Below, one piece after another: positions 10,435 through 20,259 of a stretch of DNA of 64,000 nucleotides. Source of the DNA: Myxococcota bacterium (GTDB taxonomy: Bacteria > Myxococcota_A > UBA9160 > UBA6930); contig OZ245002.1 in NCBI GenBank assembly GCA_965223415.1, positions 4,128,001 through 4,192,000 on the forward strand. The letters run 5' to 3'. The stretch's first letter is position 1; the number at the start of each line of letters is the position of its first letter. Made by a program: the position numbers and the translations under genes. The notes below the pieces were generated by a model that ran no database searches, was not told the DNA's origin, and saw nothing but the letters and a program-made list of their open reading frames with translations.

Positions 10435-11222
10435 GCGCACCCCCGCAGCACGTCGAGCATGGGCTCGTGCAGGGCGCCGTTGCTCGCCACCACCGCGCGG
10501 CCACTCCAGTGGCCGCTTCCGCCCTCCGCATCGCTGGTGCGTCCGCCCGCCTCCTCGACGATCAGGCAGCCCGCCGCCACGTCCCAGGGCTGGAGCTTGA
10601 ACTCCCAGAAGCCGTCGAAGCGCCCGGCGGCGACGTAGCAGAGATCGAGGGCGGCGCTCCCGTCTCGACGCAACGCCCGAGCCGCCTTCAGGAAGGAGGC
10701 GAACTGGGTGATGTTGTCCTCCTCGCTCTTGCGGCGATCGTAGGCGAAGCCCGTGGCGAGCAGGCCCTTGGAGAGATCGGTCTCCGGCGAGACGCGGATG
10801 CCCTTGCCGTTGAGCCGCGCGCCCGCGCCGCGCTCGGCCTCGTACAGCTCGTCGAGGAGCGGGTCGTAGACCACGCCCAGCCACGGCTCCCCCGCCCGGA
10901 CCACGCCGATCGAGACGCAGAAGCGCGGGTAGGCGTGGGCGTAGTTCGTCGTGCCGTCCAGAGGGTCGACGATCCAGCGCAGCTCGGCGCCGGGCCGCTC
11001 CACGCCGCTGCCCTCCTCGGCGAGGATGGCGTCGTCGGGACGGGCGGTGGAGATCCCCTCGACGACGATCGCCTCGCAGGCCCGGTCGACCTCGGTCACC
11101 AGGTCGACCGCGGCGCTCTTGGTCTCGATCACCAGCTCGGTGGCATAGCGTTCCCGCTGGAGGGCGCCGGCCTCCCGGGCGAGGCGACGGGCGAGATCGA
11201 GGACGGGCGCGGCCTCCGTCAC
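10431..11222 (-). CDS. suhB: Inositol monophosphatase family protein
   Basis: DLVTEVD, WIVDPLDGTTNY, GSAALDL, WDVAAG. Confidence 0.9.
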   Translation of the reverse strand: MTEAAPVLDLARRLAREAGALQRERYATELVIETKSAAVDLVTEVDRACEAIVVEGISTARPDDAILAEEGSGVERPGAELRWIVDPLDGTTNYAHAYPRFCVSIGVVRAGEPWLGVVYDPLLDELYEAERGAGARLNGKGIRVSPETDLSKGLLATGFAYDRRKSEEDNITQFASFLKAARALRRDGSAALDLCYVAAGRFDGFWEFKLQPWDVAAGCLIVEEAGGRTSDAEGGSGHWSGRAVVASNGALHEPMLDVLRGCA

Positions 11223-12028
11223 GCCTCCTCCCCCGGCAGCCGGAAGAGCCGGCGTGCGTTGTCGGCGGTCCGCTCCGCGATCTCCTCGGCGGGGAGGCCC
11301 TTTACGTCGGCGAGCACGCGGCCCACCACCGCCACGTGGGCCGGCTCGTTGCGCTTTCCGCGGTGTCCTTCCGGGGCCAGCAGAGGGGCGTCGGTCTCCA
11401 CGAGCAGGCGTTCGAGGGGCAGGTCCGCGGCCACGTTGCGCAGGCCGCGGTCTCGCTTGAAGGTGAGGATCCCGGAGAAGGAGATCCAGAGACGGCGGTC
11501 GAGGGCGCGCCGGGCGAAGGGGAGATCATGGGTGTAGCAGTGGAGCACGCCTTCCACTTCGCCGCGGCCGCAGGCCTGCCAGATGTCGAGCATCTCCTCG
11601 TAGGCGGCGCTCTCCCGGTCGCGGACGTGGAGGCTCACCGGCAGGTCGAGCTCCCGCGCGAGGCTCACCTGCTCGGCGAAGACCTCGCGCTGCACCTGCC
11701 GCGGCGAGTTCTCGTAGAAGTAGTCGAGGCCGCACTCGCCGACGGCGACCACCCGCGGCGCCGCGAGCCACTCGCGCAGCTTCGGCCGACCCGCGTCGTT
11801 CAGCTGGTCCGCGTCGTGGGGGTGCACGCCGACCGTGGCGAAGACCCGGGGGTCGCGGGCCGCCAGCTCCACGGCGCGGCGGTTGTGCTCGACGCCGTAG
11901 CCGGCACCGACGGCGATCATCGTGGCGACCCCGTCGGCCTCGGCCCGCGCCATCACCTCGACCCGGTCCTCGGCGAAGGCGTCAGCCGTCACGTGGCAGT
12001 GGGAGTCGAGCCAGGCAGGGGCGCTCAT
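11219..12028 (-). CDS. tatD: TatD family hydrolase
   Basis: DSHCH, GVHPH, GECGLDY, LHCY, ETDAP; ATG 12028 overlaps the metG stop. Confidence 0.9.
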   Translation of the reverse strand: MSAPAWLDSHCHVTADAFAEDRVEVMARAEADGVATMIAVGAGYGVEHNRRAVELAARDPRVFATVGVHPHDADQLNDAGRPKLREWLAAPRVVAVGECGLDYFYENSPRQVQREVFAEQVSLARELDLPVSLHVRDRESAAYEEMLDIWQACGRGEVEGVLHCYTHDLPFARRALDRRLWISFSGILTFKRDRGLRNVAADLPLERLLVETDAPLLAPEGHRGKRNEPAHVAVVGRVLADVKGLPAEEIAERTADNARRLFRLPGEEA

Positions 12029-13581
12029 GCGATCTCCTCCGGGAGCTCGGCTCTGGGGAAGAGGGAATCGCCCTTGGTGGTGGCGGTGCCGGGTGCGAGC
12101 CGGTCCCAGGCCGCGGCGTCGTCCGGCAGCCGGGCGCCCGCGAGGAGCTCGGGCTGGCCGAGGCGGGCCAGGATCTCCGCGGCGGCCTCGGGGACGAGGG
12201 GCGCCAGCAGGAGCCCGATCGATCGCAGGGCCTGGCAGCAGGTGTAGAGGGTCGTGCGCACCTCTGCCTCGCGTTCCTCCTCCTTCGCCGCCTTCCAGGG
12301 CGCCCGCTGATCCAGGTACTTGTTGGTCGCGTCGACGAGGCGCATCACGGCCTCGGCCGCCCGGTGGAGCTCGAGGCTGCGCACCCGTCGATCCACCTCG
12401 GCGGCCGCGTCGGCCGCGGCCTGCCGTACGCCCGCTTCGAGCTCGGCCCCGGGGCCCGGCTCCGGCACCACGCCGCCGGCGAAGCGCGCGGTCATGTTCA
12501 GCGTGCGGCTCACCAGGTTGCCCAGGTTGTTGGCCAGGTCCGCGTTGATGCGCGTGACCAGCGCCTCCTCGCTGAAGCCGGCGTCGAGGCCGAAGGACAT
12601 CTCCCGCAGCAGGAACCAGCGGAAGGCGTCGAAGCCGTAGCGCTCGCGCATGGCGAGGGGCGAGATCATGTTGCCGAGGCTCTTGGAGATCTTGCGGTCG
12701 TCGACGTTCCAGTAGCCGTGGACGTCCAGGTGCCGGTAGAGCGGGATGTCCGCCGCCATCAGCATGCACGGCCAGAAGACGCCGTGGGGCTTCAGGATGT
12801 CCTTCGCCACCAGGTGCTCGACGCCGGCCCAGCGCTGCTCCCAGTCCGGGCCGTCGGGATAGCCCAGGCCGGCCAGGTAGTTGATCAGGGCGTCGAACCA
12901 CACGTAGCAGACGTAGTCCCGGTCGAAGGGCAGCTCGATGCCCCACTCGAGGCGGCTCTTCGGGCGTGAGATGCACAGATCGTCGAGGCCGCTGCCTTCG
13001 CGCAGCATCGCGATCACCTCGTTGCGGTAGCGCGCGGGGCGGATCCAATCGCGCTCGCGCTCGAGCTGCTCGCCCAGGGCGTCGAAATAGCGGCTCATCC
13101 GGAAGAAGTAGTTCGACTCGGTGCGCTCCTCCGGGGCGCGCTCGTGGTCCCTGCACAGCCCGTCCACCATGTCGCGCTCGGTGAGGAACCGCTCGCAGCC
13201 GACGCAGTAGAGCCCGGCGTACTCGCGGAAGTCGATATCGCCCTTCTCGTGGACGACCCCGAGGATGTGCTGGACGGCCCGGACGTGATCCCGGTCGGTG
13301 GTGCGGATGAAGCGGTCGAAGGAGATCCCGAGGCTCTCCCAGGTGGAGCGGAAGATCCCGGACACCCGGTCGGCGAAGGCCTTCGGGTCGCTGCCCTGGG
13401 CCTCCGCGGCCAGGGCGATCTTGTCGCCGTGCTCGTCGGTACCGGTGAGGAAGAAGGTCCGCTCGCCGGCCAGCCGGTGGTAGCGGGCCAGGGTGTCGGC
13501 GACGACCGTGGTGTACGTGTGGCCGATGTGGGGCTCGGCGTTCACGTAGTAGATGGGCGTCGTGATGGCGTAGTCGCTCAC
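12025..13581 (-). CDS. metG: Methionyl-tRNA synthetase (short form, no C-terminal dimerisation domain)
   Basis: ITTPIYYVN..PHIGH, GTDEHG, YVWFDAL, KISKS. Confidence 0.95.
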   Translation of the reverse strand: MSDYAITTPIYYVNAEPHIGHTYTTVVADTLARYHRLAGERTFFLTGTDEHGDKIALAAEAQGSDPKAFADRVSGIFRSTWESLGISFDRFIRTTDRDHVRAVQHILGVVHEKGDIDFREYAGLYCVGCERFLTERDMVDGLCRDHERAPEERTESNYFFRMSRYFDALGEQLERERDWIRPARYRNEVIAMLREGSGLDDLCISRPKSRLEWGIELPFDRDYVCYVWFDALINYLAGLGYPDGPDWEQRWAGVEHLVAKDILKPHGVFWPCMLMAADIPLYRHLDVHGYWNVDDRKISKSLGNMISPLAMRERYGFDAFRWFLLREMSFGLDAGFSEEALVTRINADLANNLGNLVSRTLNMTARFAGGVVPEPGPGAELEAGVRQAAADAAAEVDRRVRSLELHRAAEAVMRLVDATNKYLDQRAPWKAAKEEEREAEVRTTLYTCCQALRSIGLLLAPLVPEAAAEILARLGQPELLAGARLPDDAAAWDRLAPGTATTKGDSLFPRAELPEEIA

Positions 13582-13612
13582 GGGTAGGGACTCGTGGACG
13601 CGTCGTCGCCGC

Positions 13613-14497
13613 TCACGCGAGCGCGCCGTCCTTCAGGGCGAGGAGCGCGCGCTCGGCCACCATCTGCGGGTTGGCGTTGCGCTGGGCCAGGCTCTTGCGG
13701 CAGCGCTGCAGGGTGTCGAAGGCGGCCAGGGCGCCGTCGAGGTCCGTGCGGCCTCCCTCGGCCGCGCCGCACAGCTCGCGGTGGAGCCATGCCGAAGCCG
13801 TCGCGAGCAGCTCGTTCACGCCGGCGGCGGCGATCGCCCGGGGCCCGCGGAAGCTCTCGGCCCAGTCGAGGAGCTCCGGAATGCCGGCCCCCCCGATGCC
13901 CTCCAGGCGCAGGGCGAGGGCGGCGGCCTCCTCGCCCTCGAGAGCCTGGGAGCTGCCGACCGGGAAGGCGACTCGCGTGCAGCGCGAGCGAACCGTAGCC
14001 AGGAGCCCGGCCGGGCTCTGGGTGACGAGCACCAGGCTGGTGCGGGGCGGCGGCTCCTCCAGCAGGCGGAGCAGCGCGTTCTGGGCCTCCTGATTCAGCC
14101 ACTCGGCGTCGGCGATCACGGCGGCGCGGCGGCCGTCCTCGCTGCCCCGCAGTCGCAGCGCGGACTGGACCGCACGCACCTGGCCGATGCGCACCCGCGT
14201 GTCGTCGGCACCGCGCTCGACCCACAGGAGATCCGGGTGGTCGCCCACGTGCCGCATCGGCGGGCCCTTCTTGCCGGCCCCATCCAGGGAGATCGGCTCG
14301 CCCGGCTCCGAGCGGCGACAGCTCCGGCAGGTGCCGCAGGGCGCGCTCTCGGGAGCGCCCTGGCAGACCAGCGCGCGCACGAACGCTGCGGCCGCGTCCC
14401 TGGGAGCTGCGCCTGGGCCCGAGAGCAGGTAGGCGGAGTGGATGCGGCCCGCGATCAGGCTCTCGCGGAGCCCCGGCGGCAGCGCGGCAACGGCCAT
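13613..14497 (-). CDS. holB: DNA polymerase III delta-prime subunit
   Basis: C..PCGTCRSC zinc module, HPD, AQNALLRLLEEPP, TVRSRC; usual holB-metG-tatD synteny. Confidence 0.85.
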   Translation of the reverse strand: MAVAALPPGLRESLIAGRIHSAYLLSGPGAAPRDAAAAFVRALVCQGAPESAPCGTCRSCRRSEPGEPISLDGAGKKGPPMRHVGDHPDLLWVERGADDTRVRIGQVRAVQSALRLRGSEDGRRAAVIADAEWLNQEAQNALLRLLEEPPPRTSLVLVTQSPAGLLATVRSRCTRVAFPVGSSQALEGEEAAALALRLEGIGGAGIPELLDWAESFRGPRAIAAAGVNELLATASAWLHRELCGAAEGGRTDLDGALAAFDTLQRCRKSLAQRNANPQMVAERALLALKDGALA

Positions 14498-14693
14498 GCC
14501 GCGGCGAGTCTAGCGTTCGCCGGCGGAAGGTCAGCGCTTCACGGGGCTGCAAGGGAGCTGCGGGGGGACTTCCAAACCGTTGATTTTGCAGCCTTTTTCG
14601 AGGCGATGGCGGCGCCTGGTCAATTCCCTGGGAGCGTCCCTCAAGTTTCCCCGGCACGCGCCGAAACCGGCCACCAAGGGGGGTGCGCGACCC

Positions 14694-15134
14694 ATGGCAT
14701 TCGGACGCGGTCGAGGCGAGGAGGACGACACGATGGCAGGGAACCAACAGCCCGGAGGCAGCGGCGCGCAGCCCGGCCTCACGGCCTTCATCGACCAGGG
14801 CTCGGCCTTCGAGGGCAAGCTCTCCTTCAAGGACACGGTCCGCATCGACGGCAGCTTCCGCGGACAGATCAGCAGCGAGAACACCCTCGTGGTCGGCGAG
14901 ACCGGCGAGATCGACGCGAACATCGAGTCGAAGACCGTCGAGGTGAGCGGCCACGTCACCGGCGACGTCATCGCCACCCGCAAGATCGTGCTGCACAAGA
15001 CGGCCACCGTCGAAGGCAACCTGGACTGCCCCACGGTCGTGATCGAGGACGGCGCCAGCTTCAACGGCCAGCTCACGATGACCCGCGACAAGAAGGCCGC
15101 GCCCAAGCCGTCCGAGCCCAGCCCCCACAGCTAG
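14694..15134 (+). CDS. Bactofilin (polymer-forming cytoskeletal protein)
   Basis: FEGKLSF..VRIDG.F.G.I...G.V.GD...IEDGASFNGQLTM beta-helix pattern; start may be the later ATG near 14732. Confidence 0.85.
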   Translation: MAFGRGRGEEDDTMAGNQQPGGSGAQPGLTAFIDQGSAFEGKLSFKDTVRIDGSFRGQISSENTLVVGETGEIDANIESKTVEVSGHVTGDVIATRKIVLHKTATVEGNLDCPTVVIEDGASFNGQLTMTRDKKAAPKPSEPSPHS

Positions 15135-15149
15135 CCGCACGACCCAAAG

Positions 15150-15264
15150 CGCAAGAGCGGGGACGTTCCTTGCGTCTTTCGCTTTCCGTCGGAGACGGAG
15201 TCCCCTGGACCGGCGCCGCCCTCGCACGAGAACGCAAGTTGCAAGGAACGTCCCCGCTCTTGCG
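15150..15264. repeat. REP/REPIN-like inverted repeat pair, family A
   Basis: 24-bp arms CGCAAGAGCGGGGACGTTCCTTGC at 15150-15173 and its reverse complement at 15241-15264; the same arms recur at 35566-35643. Confidence 0.8.
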
Positions 15265-15273
15265 TTCTCGGGG

Positions 15274-15564
15274 CTAGGCGCGGGGCAGGAACCAGCGGCG
15301 GGGGCTGAGGTGGACCAGGAGGCCTTCCGGGCTGGCCTGGACGCTGAGGCCGGGCTGGGCGATGCGGATGCTGCCGTGGGAGACGCTGCCGGTCTGCAGC
15401 TCGAAGACCGTCGCGGCGCCGCAGGCGCAGCAAGTGGCGCGGACGCGGCGCTCGCCCTGCCAGGCGCGGTCGGGCTGGTCCAGCCAGACCGCCAGGTCCT
15501 GACGCTGGCCACAGGCGGGGCAGGGCAGCGGACGCAGGGCCGCCAGCGCGGCCGGCTCGGCCAC
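15274..15564 (-). CDS. Small hypothetical protein with two CxxC motifs
   Basis: CPAC and CCAC; directly downstream of the NifU-like gene. Confidence 0.5.
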   Translation of the reverse strand: MAEPAALAALRPLPCPACGQRQDLAVWLDQPDRAWQGERRVRATCCACGAATVFELQTGSVSHGSIRIAQPGLSVQASPEGLLVHLSPRRWFLPRA

Positions 15565-15568
15565 GGGC

Positions 15569-15838
15569 TCAGCCTTCCAGCGGCGTCGGATCGCCCGGGA
15601 CGGGGACGACGCCGCTCACCTCCGGTACGGCCTCGCGGACGGCGGGCTCCAGGGCGAAGCGCACGGTCGCGCTCTGGGCGGGGCAGCTGGCGCAGGCACC
15701 CTGCATCTCCAGCTGCACCGTGCCGTCGGCCGCCACGCCCAGGAGCTCCACGTTGCCCCCGTCCCGGAGGAGGCCCGGCCGGATCCGGTCGAGGGCGCGC
15801 TCGAGCTTGCGACGGACGTCTTGGGAGGCTCCGGTCAT
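15569..15838 (-). CDS. NifU/NfuA C-terminal domain protein
   Basis: IRPGLLRDGGNVEL...GACASCP. Confidence 0.9.
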   Translation of the reverse strand: MTGASQDVRRKLERALDRIRPGLLRDGGNVELLGVAADGTVQLEMQGACASCPAQSATVRFALEPAVREAVPEVSGVVPVPGDPTPLEG

Positions 15839-15891
15839 ACCCTCCTATCGGTCGTAGAGGCCCTCGGCCTGAACCGGCTAGAGTCCGCCGG

Positions 15892-16563
15892 ATGCAGGTC
15901 GTCGTGAAGCTCTTCGGCTCGATCCGCGAGGCCACCGGCGCGAAGGAGCTCGTGGTGGAGCTGCCGCCCGGGGCCGGGGTGGCGGACCTCCGGGCGCTCC
16001 TGGCCCGGGACCATCCGGCCTTCGACGAGATGGGGGAGCGCCTGCGGGTTTCGGTGAACCTGGAGTTCGTGAAGGGCTCGCCGGCCCTGGCCGACGGCGA
16101 CGAGGTGGCCTTCCTGCCCCCGGTGGCCGGCGGGCAGGGCGAGGTTGCCGGCCGCTGTCGCCTGTTGGAGACGCCCCTCGACGTGGGCGCCGTCGTCGAG
16201 CGAGTCGCGGGCCCGGACGCGGGCGGCGTCGTCACCTTCGTCGGGACCGTCCGGAACGCGTCGCGCGGCAAGGACATCCGCCACCTCGAGTACGAGGCCT
16301 ATCCGGGCATGGCCGAGCAGGAGCTGGACCGCATCTGCGAGGAGGCGGGTGCCCGCTGGCCTGGCACCCGGGTTGCCGTCGACCACCGGACGGGCCACCT
16401 CGAGATCGGCGACATCGCCGTGGTGGTGGTCGCCGCCTCGCCCCACCGCGTCGAGGCCTTCGAAGCCTGCCGCTTCACGATCGACACGCTGAAGGAGCGC
16501 GTGCCGATCTGGAAGAAGGAAGTCGCGACCGACGGCGCCTACTGGGTGGACGACCACGCGTGA
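15892..16563 (+). CDS. MoaD-MoaE fusion (molybdopterin synthase, MoaX-like)
   Basis: Ubiquitin-like MoaD part ending DEVAFLPPVAGG, fused in frame to MoaE (LEYEAYPGMA, HRTG, PIWKKE). Confidence 0.9.
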   Translation: MQVVVKLFGSIREATGAKELVVELPPGAGVADLRALLARDHPAFDEMGERLRVSVNLEFVKGSPALADGDEVAFLPPVAGGQGEVAGRCRLLETPLDVGAVVERVAGPDAGGVVTFVGTVRNASRGKDIRHLEYEAYPGMAEQELDRICEEAGARWPGTRVAVDHRTGHLEIGDIAVVVVAASPHRVEAFEACRFTIDTLKERVPIWKKEVATDGAYWVDDHA

Positions 16564-17090
16564 GCGAGCGCGAAGAATCCGCCAGCGTCCATCGTCACCG
16601 CCGCCGCGCGCCCGGAAGCCTCGCCATCGGTGTGATCACCGTGAGCGACACCCGCACCCTGGACGACGACACCGGCGGCGCGCTCGTCGTCCGCCTCCTC
16701 GAGGAGGCCGGCCACCGGGTGGCCGGCCGGGAGATCGTGCCCGACGACGTGGACGCGATCCGTTCCGCTCTCGAGGGCCTGCTCGCCCGCCCCGAGACCC
16801 GCGCCGTCGTGCTCACCGGCGGCACCGGCGTGGCCCCCCGCGACGTCACGCCGGAGGCGATCACCCCGCTCCTGGACCGGGCCCTGCCGGGCTTCGGGGA
16901 GCTCTTCCGCATGCTCTCCTTCGAGGAGATCGGTCCGGCGGCGATGCTCTCCCGCGCCACCGCCGGACTGATCGGCGAGCGTGTCGTCTTCGCGCTGCCG
17001 GGCTCCCGCGGCGCCCTGCGCACCGCCCTCGAGAAGCTCATCCTCCCCGAGCTCGGGCATCTCGTCGGGGAGGGCGGCAAGCGCGGCTAG
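16560..17090 (+). CDS. moaB: MoaB/MogA molybdenum cofactor biosynthesis protein
   Basis: ITVSDTR, TGGTGVAPRDVTPEA, LSRATAG, LPGS. Confidence 0.85.
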   Translation: MSEREESASVHRHRRRAPGSLAIGVITVSDTRTLDDDTGGALVVRLLEEAGHRVAGREIVPDDVDAIRSALEGLLARPETRAVVLTGGTGVAPRDVTPEAITPLLDRALPGFGELFRMLSFEEIGPAAMLSRATAGLIGERVVFALPGSRGALRTALEKLILPELGHLVGEGGKRG

Positions 17091-17482
17091 GCGCCCGCGT
17101 CGTTGCGCAGGGCGTCCGCTACCCGCCCGAAGGCTTTGTGCAGCAGCTTCGCGAGCTCCGGCTCCGCGCCCACCTCCCCGAGGGCCGCGTCCATGCACCG
17201 GAGCCAGGCGTCCCGCTCCGCCGGCCCGATGGCGTAGGGTGCATGGGCGGAGCGGATGCACTTGCGGTCCTCCCGCATCAGGTAGAGGGGCGGTCCGCCC
17301 AGCCAGCCGGACAGGTACTCGAAGAGGAGCTGCCGCATGGGGGCGAGGTCCGGCGCGTGCATGTCCCGGATGGCCCGCGCCTCGGGCCTCCGCTCCATCG
17401 CGTCGTAGAAGCGGTCGACCAGACGGCGCACGCCGTCCGCGCCCCCCAGCTCCCCGTACGGGTCCCGCTCGCCGGCGGCCAC
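17087..17482 (-). CDS. Group II truncated hemoglobin
   Basis: YGELGG...LVDRFYD, WLGGPPLY, AH..I...ERDAWL.CM. Confidence 0.85.
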   Translation of the reverse strand: MAAGERDPYGELGGADGVRRLVDRFYDAMERRPEARAIRDMHAPDLAPMRQLLFEYLSGWLGGPPLYLMREDRKCIRSAHAPYAIGPAERDAWLRCMDAALGEVGAEPELAKLLHKAFGRVADALRNDAGA

Positions 17483-17486
17483 CGGC

Positions 17487-17675
17487 CTACTCGGTCTTGA
17501 GGGCCTGCCGCGGGCAGAGGCGGACCGCCTCGTGCACGGCCTTCTCGTGCGCCGGCGGCACCTCTTCGATCAGCAGGGTCAGGGTGTCGTCTTCCTCGAC
17601 CCGGAAGACCTCCGGGCACTGCTCCATGCAGATCGCATTGGCCTCGCACAGGTCGCGATCGACGAGGATCTTCAT
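17487..17675 (-). CDS. Ferredoxin (3Fe-4S type, P450 partner-like)
   Basis: DRDLCEANAIC...PEVF...CPRQAL. Confidence 0.85.
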   Translation of the reverse strand: MKILVDRDLCEANAICMEQCPEVFRVEEDDTLTLLIEEVPPAHEKAVHEAVRLCPRQALKTE

Positions 17676-17704
17676 GACGGCTCCTTGGTGTTGGGGTGGT
17701 CGGT

Positions 17705-18373
17705 TCAGCCCGAGGCGACCCGGGGGTTCGGGGAGGCTTCCGCCGACGTCTCGAGGACCTCGGGTCGGCAGAGAACGCGCTCGAGCACCTCGACGATGCG
17801 CAGAGCGAGCTCCTCGGGCTCGGCGTCGGGGCTGCGCTGCAGACGGGTGGCGAGCTGGAGCTGCATCAGGCCGAACACGTTCGTGGCCATGAGCTCCGGG
17901 TCCTCGGCCCGGAAGACGCCCTCCTCGATGCCGCGCTGCAAGAGGGCGGTCCAGGCGCGGATCCCGTCCTGGAACGACGCGCTGGCCTCCACGTCTCCCA
18001 CCGCCCAGGAGCGGCCCTCGCGCAGGTCGACGCGGAGGTAGTCCGGGTGCTCCATCAGGAAGCCGACGAAGGCGTGAACGCCCCGGTGCAGACGCTCTCG
18101 CGGGTCGCCCGGCTTCTTCAGGGCCCCGGCCACCTGGGACAGGAAGGCCGCCCCGCGGAACTCGTGGAGGGCCGCGAAGACGTCCTGCTTGCTGGGGAAC
18201 GCCCCGTAGAGGGTGCCGAGGGAGATTCCTGCCTCCGCGGCTACGTCCGCCATCTTGGAGGCGTGGTAGCCGGCCTCGGCGAAGACCCGCTCGGCCGAGG
18301 TGAGCACCAGCTCCCGGTACATCTGCTCGCGGGCCTCGGCAGCTCGGGAGCGTCGGCGGGGGCGACTCGGCAT
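17705..18373 (-). CDS. TetR family regulator
   Basis: [30 protein letters not shown] helix-turn-helix. Confidence 0.9.
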   Translation of the reverse strand: MPSRPRRRSRAAEAREQMYRELVLTSAERVFAEAGYHASKMADVAAEAGISLGTLYGAFPSKQDVFAALHEFRGAAFLSQVAGALKKPGDPRERLHRGVHAFVGFLMEHPDYLRVDLREGRSWAVGDVEASASFQDGIRAWTALLQRGIEEGVFRAEDPELMATNVFGLMQLQLATRLQRSPDAEPEELALRIVEVLERVLCRPEVLETSAEASPNPRVASG

Positions 18374-18389
18374 ACTCGAATCTTACCTC

Positions 18390-18432
18390 TTGAAATCGAA
18401 ATTTCCATTACTATCATCGAAACGACGCATTC
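18390..18432 (+). promoter_or_regulatory. Candidate P450 promoter with two 14-bp operator-like boxes
   Basis: TTGAAA-N16-TATCAT; GAAATcgaaATTTC (18392-18405) and GAAacgacgcaTTC (18419-18432) in an AT-rich divergent spacer. Confidence 0.5.
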
Positions 18433-18444
18433 AGGAGGCAACCC

Positions 18445-19629
18445 ATGACGCTCGCCTACGACCCCTTCGACGAGGCCATCCGCACCGATCCCCTGCCGGT
18501 CTACAAGCGCCTGCGGGACGAGGCGCCCGCCTACTACATGGAGAAGTACGACGCCTGGGCCCTCTCGCGCTTCCAGGACATCTGGGACGCCTCGTCGAAC
18601 GACGCCTTCTCGGCGGCCCGGGGCACCACACCCGCCCAGCTGCTCACCAAGGACCAGCCCGTCACGCCCATGCTGAACGTGATGGACCCGCCGGCCCACA
18701 CCCAGCTGCGCACGGTGATCCGCCGCTGCTTCCTGCCGAAGAACGTACGCGCGGTGGAGCCCGTCGCACGCCAGCTCGTGAAGGAGCTGCTCGACGAGGT
18801 CGCCGACCGGGACGGGTTCGATGCCATCGGCGATTTCTCCGCTCGCCTGTCCGTCACCGTGGCCTGCATCGCCATCGGCCTTCCGGTCGAGGACGGGCCG
18901 ATGCTCTCGAAGCTCGTGCAGCGCTTCTTCCACCACGACCCGGGCCAGGAGGGCATCACTCCCGAAGGCTTCGCGGCGCTCACGGAGCTCTCCGCCTACT
19001 GCGAGGACATGATCAAGGCGCGCCGCAAGCAGCCGGCGGAGACCCCGGCGGCCATCGACGAGCTGGCCTCCTTCGAGCTCGCCGGCCAGCTCTTCTCCGA
19101 CGCCGACGCGGGCTCCCACGTCTCGATGCTCGTGATCGGCGGCTCCGAGACCTTCCCGAAGGTGCTGGCGAACGGCTTGCGGCGTCTGGCGGAGCACCCG
19201 GACCAGCGCGCCCAGCTCACCGCGGATCCCACCGGCATCCCCGACGCCTTCAACGAGATCCTCCGCTACGACATGCCCACCCAGTTCCTGGGCCGCACCC
19301 TCACCCGCGACGTCACGCTCCACGGGCAGACCCTGAAGAAGGACCAGCCCGTGATCTTCCTCTACGCCTCGGCCAACAAGGACGATCGCGAGTTCGACGA
19401 CCCGGACACCTTCGACATCCTGCGCCGACCGCCGCGTTTCCTCTCCTTCGGCGCCGGCAATCACCAGTGCCTCGGCACCCACGTGGCGCGCATGGAAGGC
19501 AAGATCTGTCTGGAGGAGATCCTGGCCCGCTTCCCGGATTACGAGGTCGACCTGGATCGGGCCGTCAGGCTCAAGACCGAGTTCGTCCAGGGCTTCGCAT
19601 CGCTGCCGCTGCGCATCAGCGCTTCTTGA
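18445..19629 (+). CDS. Cytochrome P450
   Basis: MDPPAHTQLR, IGGSET, EILR, FGAGNHQCLG heme-thiolate motif. Confidence 0.95.
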   Translation: MTLAYDPFDEAIRTDPLPVYKRLRDEAPAYYMEKYDAWALSRFQDIWDASSNDAFSAARGTTPAQLLTKDQPVTPMLNVMDPPAHTQLRTVIRRCFLPKNVRAVEPVARQLVKELLDEVADRDGFDAIGDFSARLSVTVACIAIGLPVEDGPMLSKLVQRFFHHDPGQEGITPEGFAALTELSAYCEDMIKARRKQPAETPAAIDELASFELAGQLFSDADAGSHVSMLVIGGSETFPKVLANGLRRLAEHPDQRAQLTADPTGIPDAFNEILRYDMPTQFLGRTLTRDVTLHGQTLKKDQPVIFLYASANKDDREFDDPDTFDILRRPPRFLSFGAGNHQCLGTHVARMEGKICLEEILARFPDYEVDLDRAVRLKTEFVQGFASLPLRISAS

Positions 19630-19685
19630 AGCTGCGGTAGGCTCTCCTCGCTCCCGAGTCCCGCACCCGGAAGGGAGAAGATGTC

Positions 19686-20249
19686 GTGCTCTGGTTGATC
19701 CTCGGCGTGCTGCTGTTCGCCGGCATGCACCTCACGAAGGCCCTCGAGGCCGGCTTCCGAGCCCGCTTCATCGAGGCACGCGGCGCCCAGCCGTGGCAAG
19801 GCGTGTTCAGCGTGGCAGTACTCGTCGGCGTCGGCCTGATGGTGCTGGGCTGGCGGAGCAGCGAGCCGAGCCATCTCTACGCGGTGCCGGCTTGGAGCCG
19901 CTGGGCGGCGAACGGGCTCATGGCCGTGGGCCTGCTGCTGTTCGTGGCCTCGGGCGTGCCGACCAACCTGAAGCGTTTCCTCCGCCATCCCCAGCTCACC
20001 GGCGTTGCCACCTGGGCCGCGGCCCACCTGCTCGCCAACGGCGACTCTCGCTCCCTCGTGCTCTTCGGCGGGCTCGGCGCCTGGGCACTGCTCGAGATCG
20101 CACTGATCAACCGGCGTGACGGTGCCTGGGAGAAGCCCGAGTCGCTGCCCTTCAGCGCGGACCTGAAGCCTCTGGTCGGGGCGGCGGTGGTTTTCGCCGT
20201 GCTGCTCTTCGTCCACCCGTGGATCGCGGGCGTGCCCGCGCTGCCCTAG
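19686..20249 (+). CDS. NnrU family membrane protein
   Basis: RHPQLTGVATWAAAHLLANGD motif. Confidence 0.85.
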   Translation: MLWLILGVLLFAGMHLTKALEAGFRARFIEARGAQPWQGVFSVAVLVGVGLMVLGWRSSEPSHLYAVPAWSRWAANGLMAVGLLLFVASGVPTNLKRFLRHPQLTGVATWAAAHLLANGDSRSLVLFGGLGAWALLEIALINRRDGAWEKPESLPFSADLKPLVGAAVVFAVLLFVHPWIAGVPALP

Positions 20250-20259
20250 CCGAGCCCGC

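Noticed and set aside
13613..14497. holB as a pseudogene because its Walker A is degenerate
   Set aside because: Delta-prime is a non-catalytic subunit; the frame and other motifs are intact
13578..16277. Long antisense or alternate-frame ORFs (also 4468-6453, 20850-23477, 46805-49558 and many others)
   Set aside because: Arg/Pro/Gly-rich shadow ORFs expected in high-GC DNA, overlapping well-supported genes
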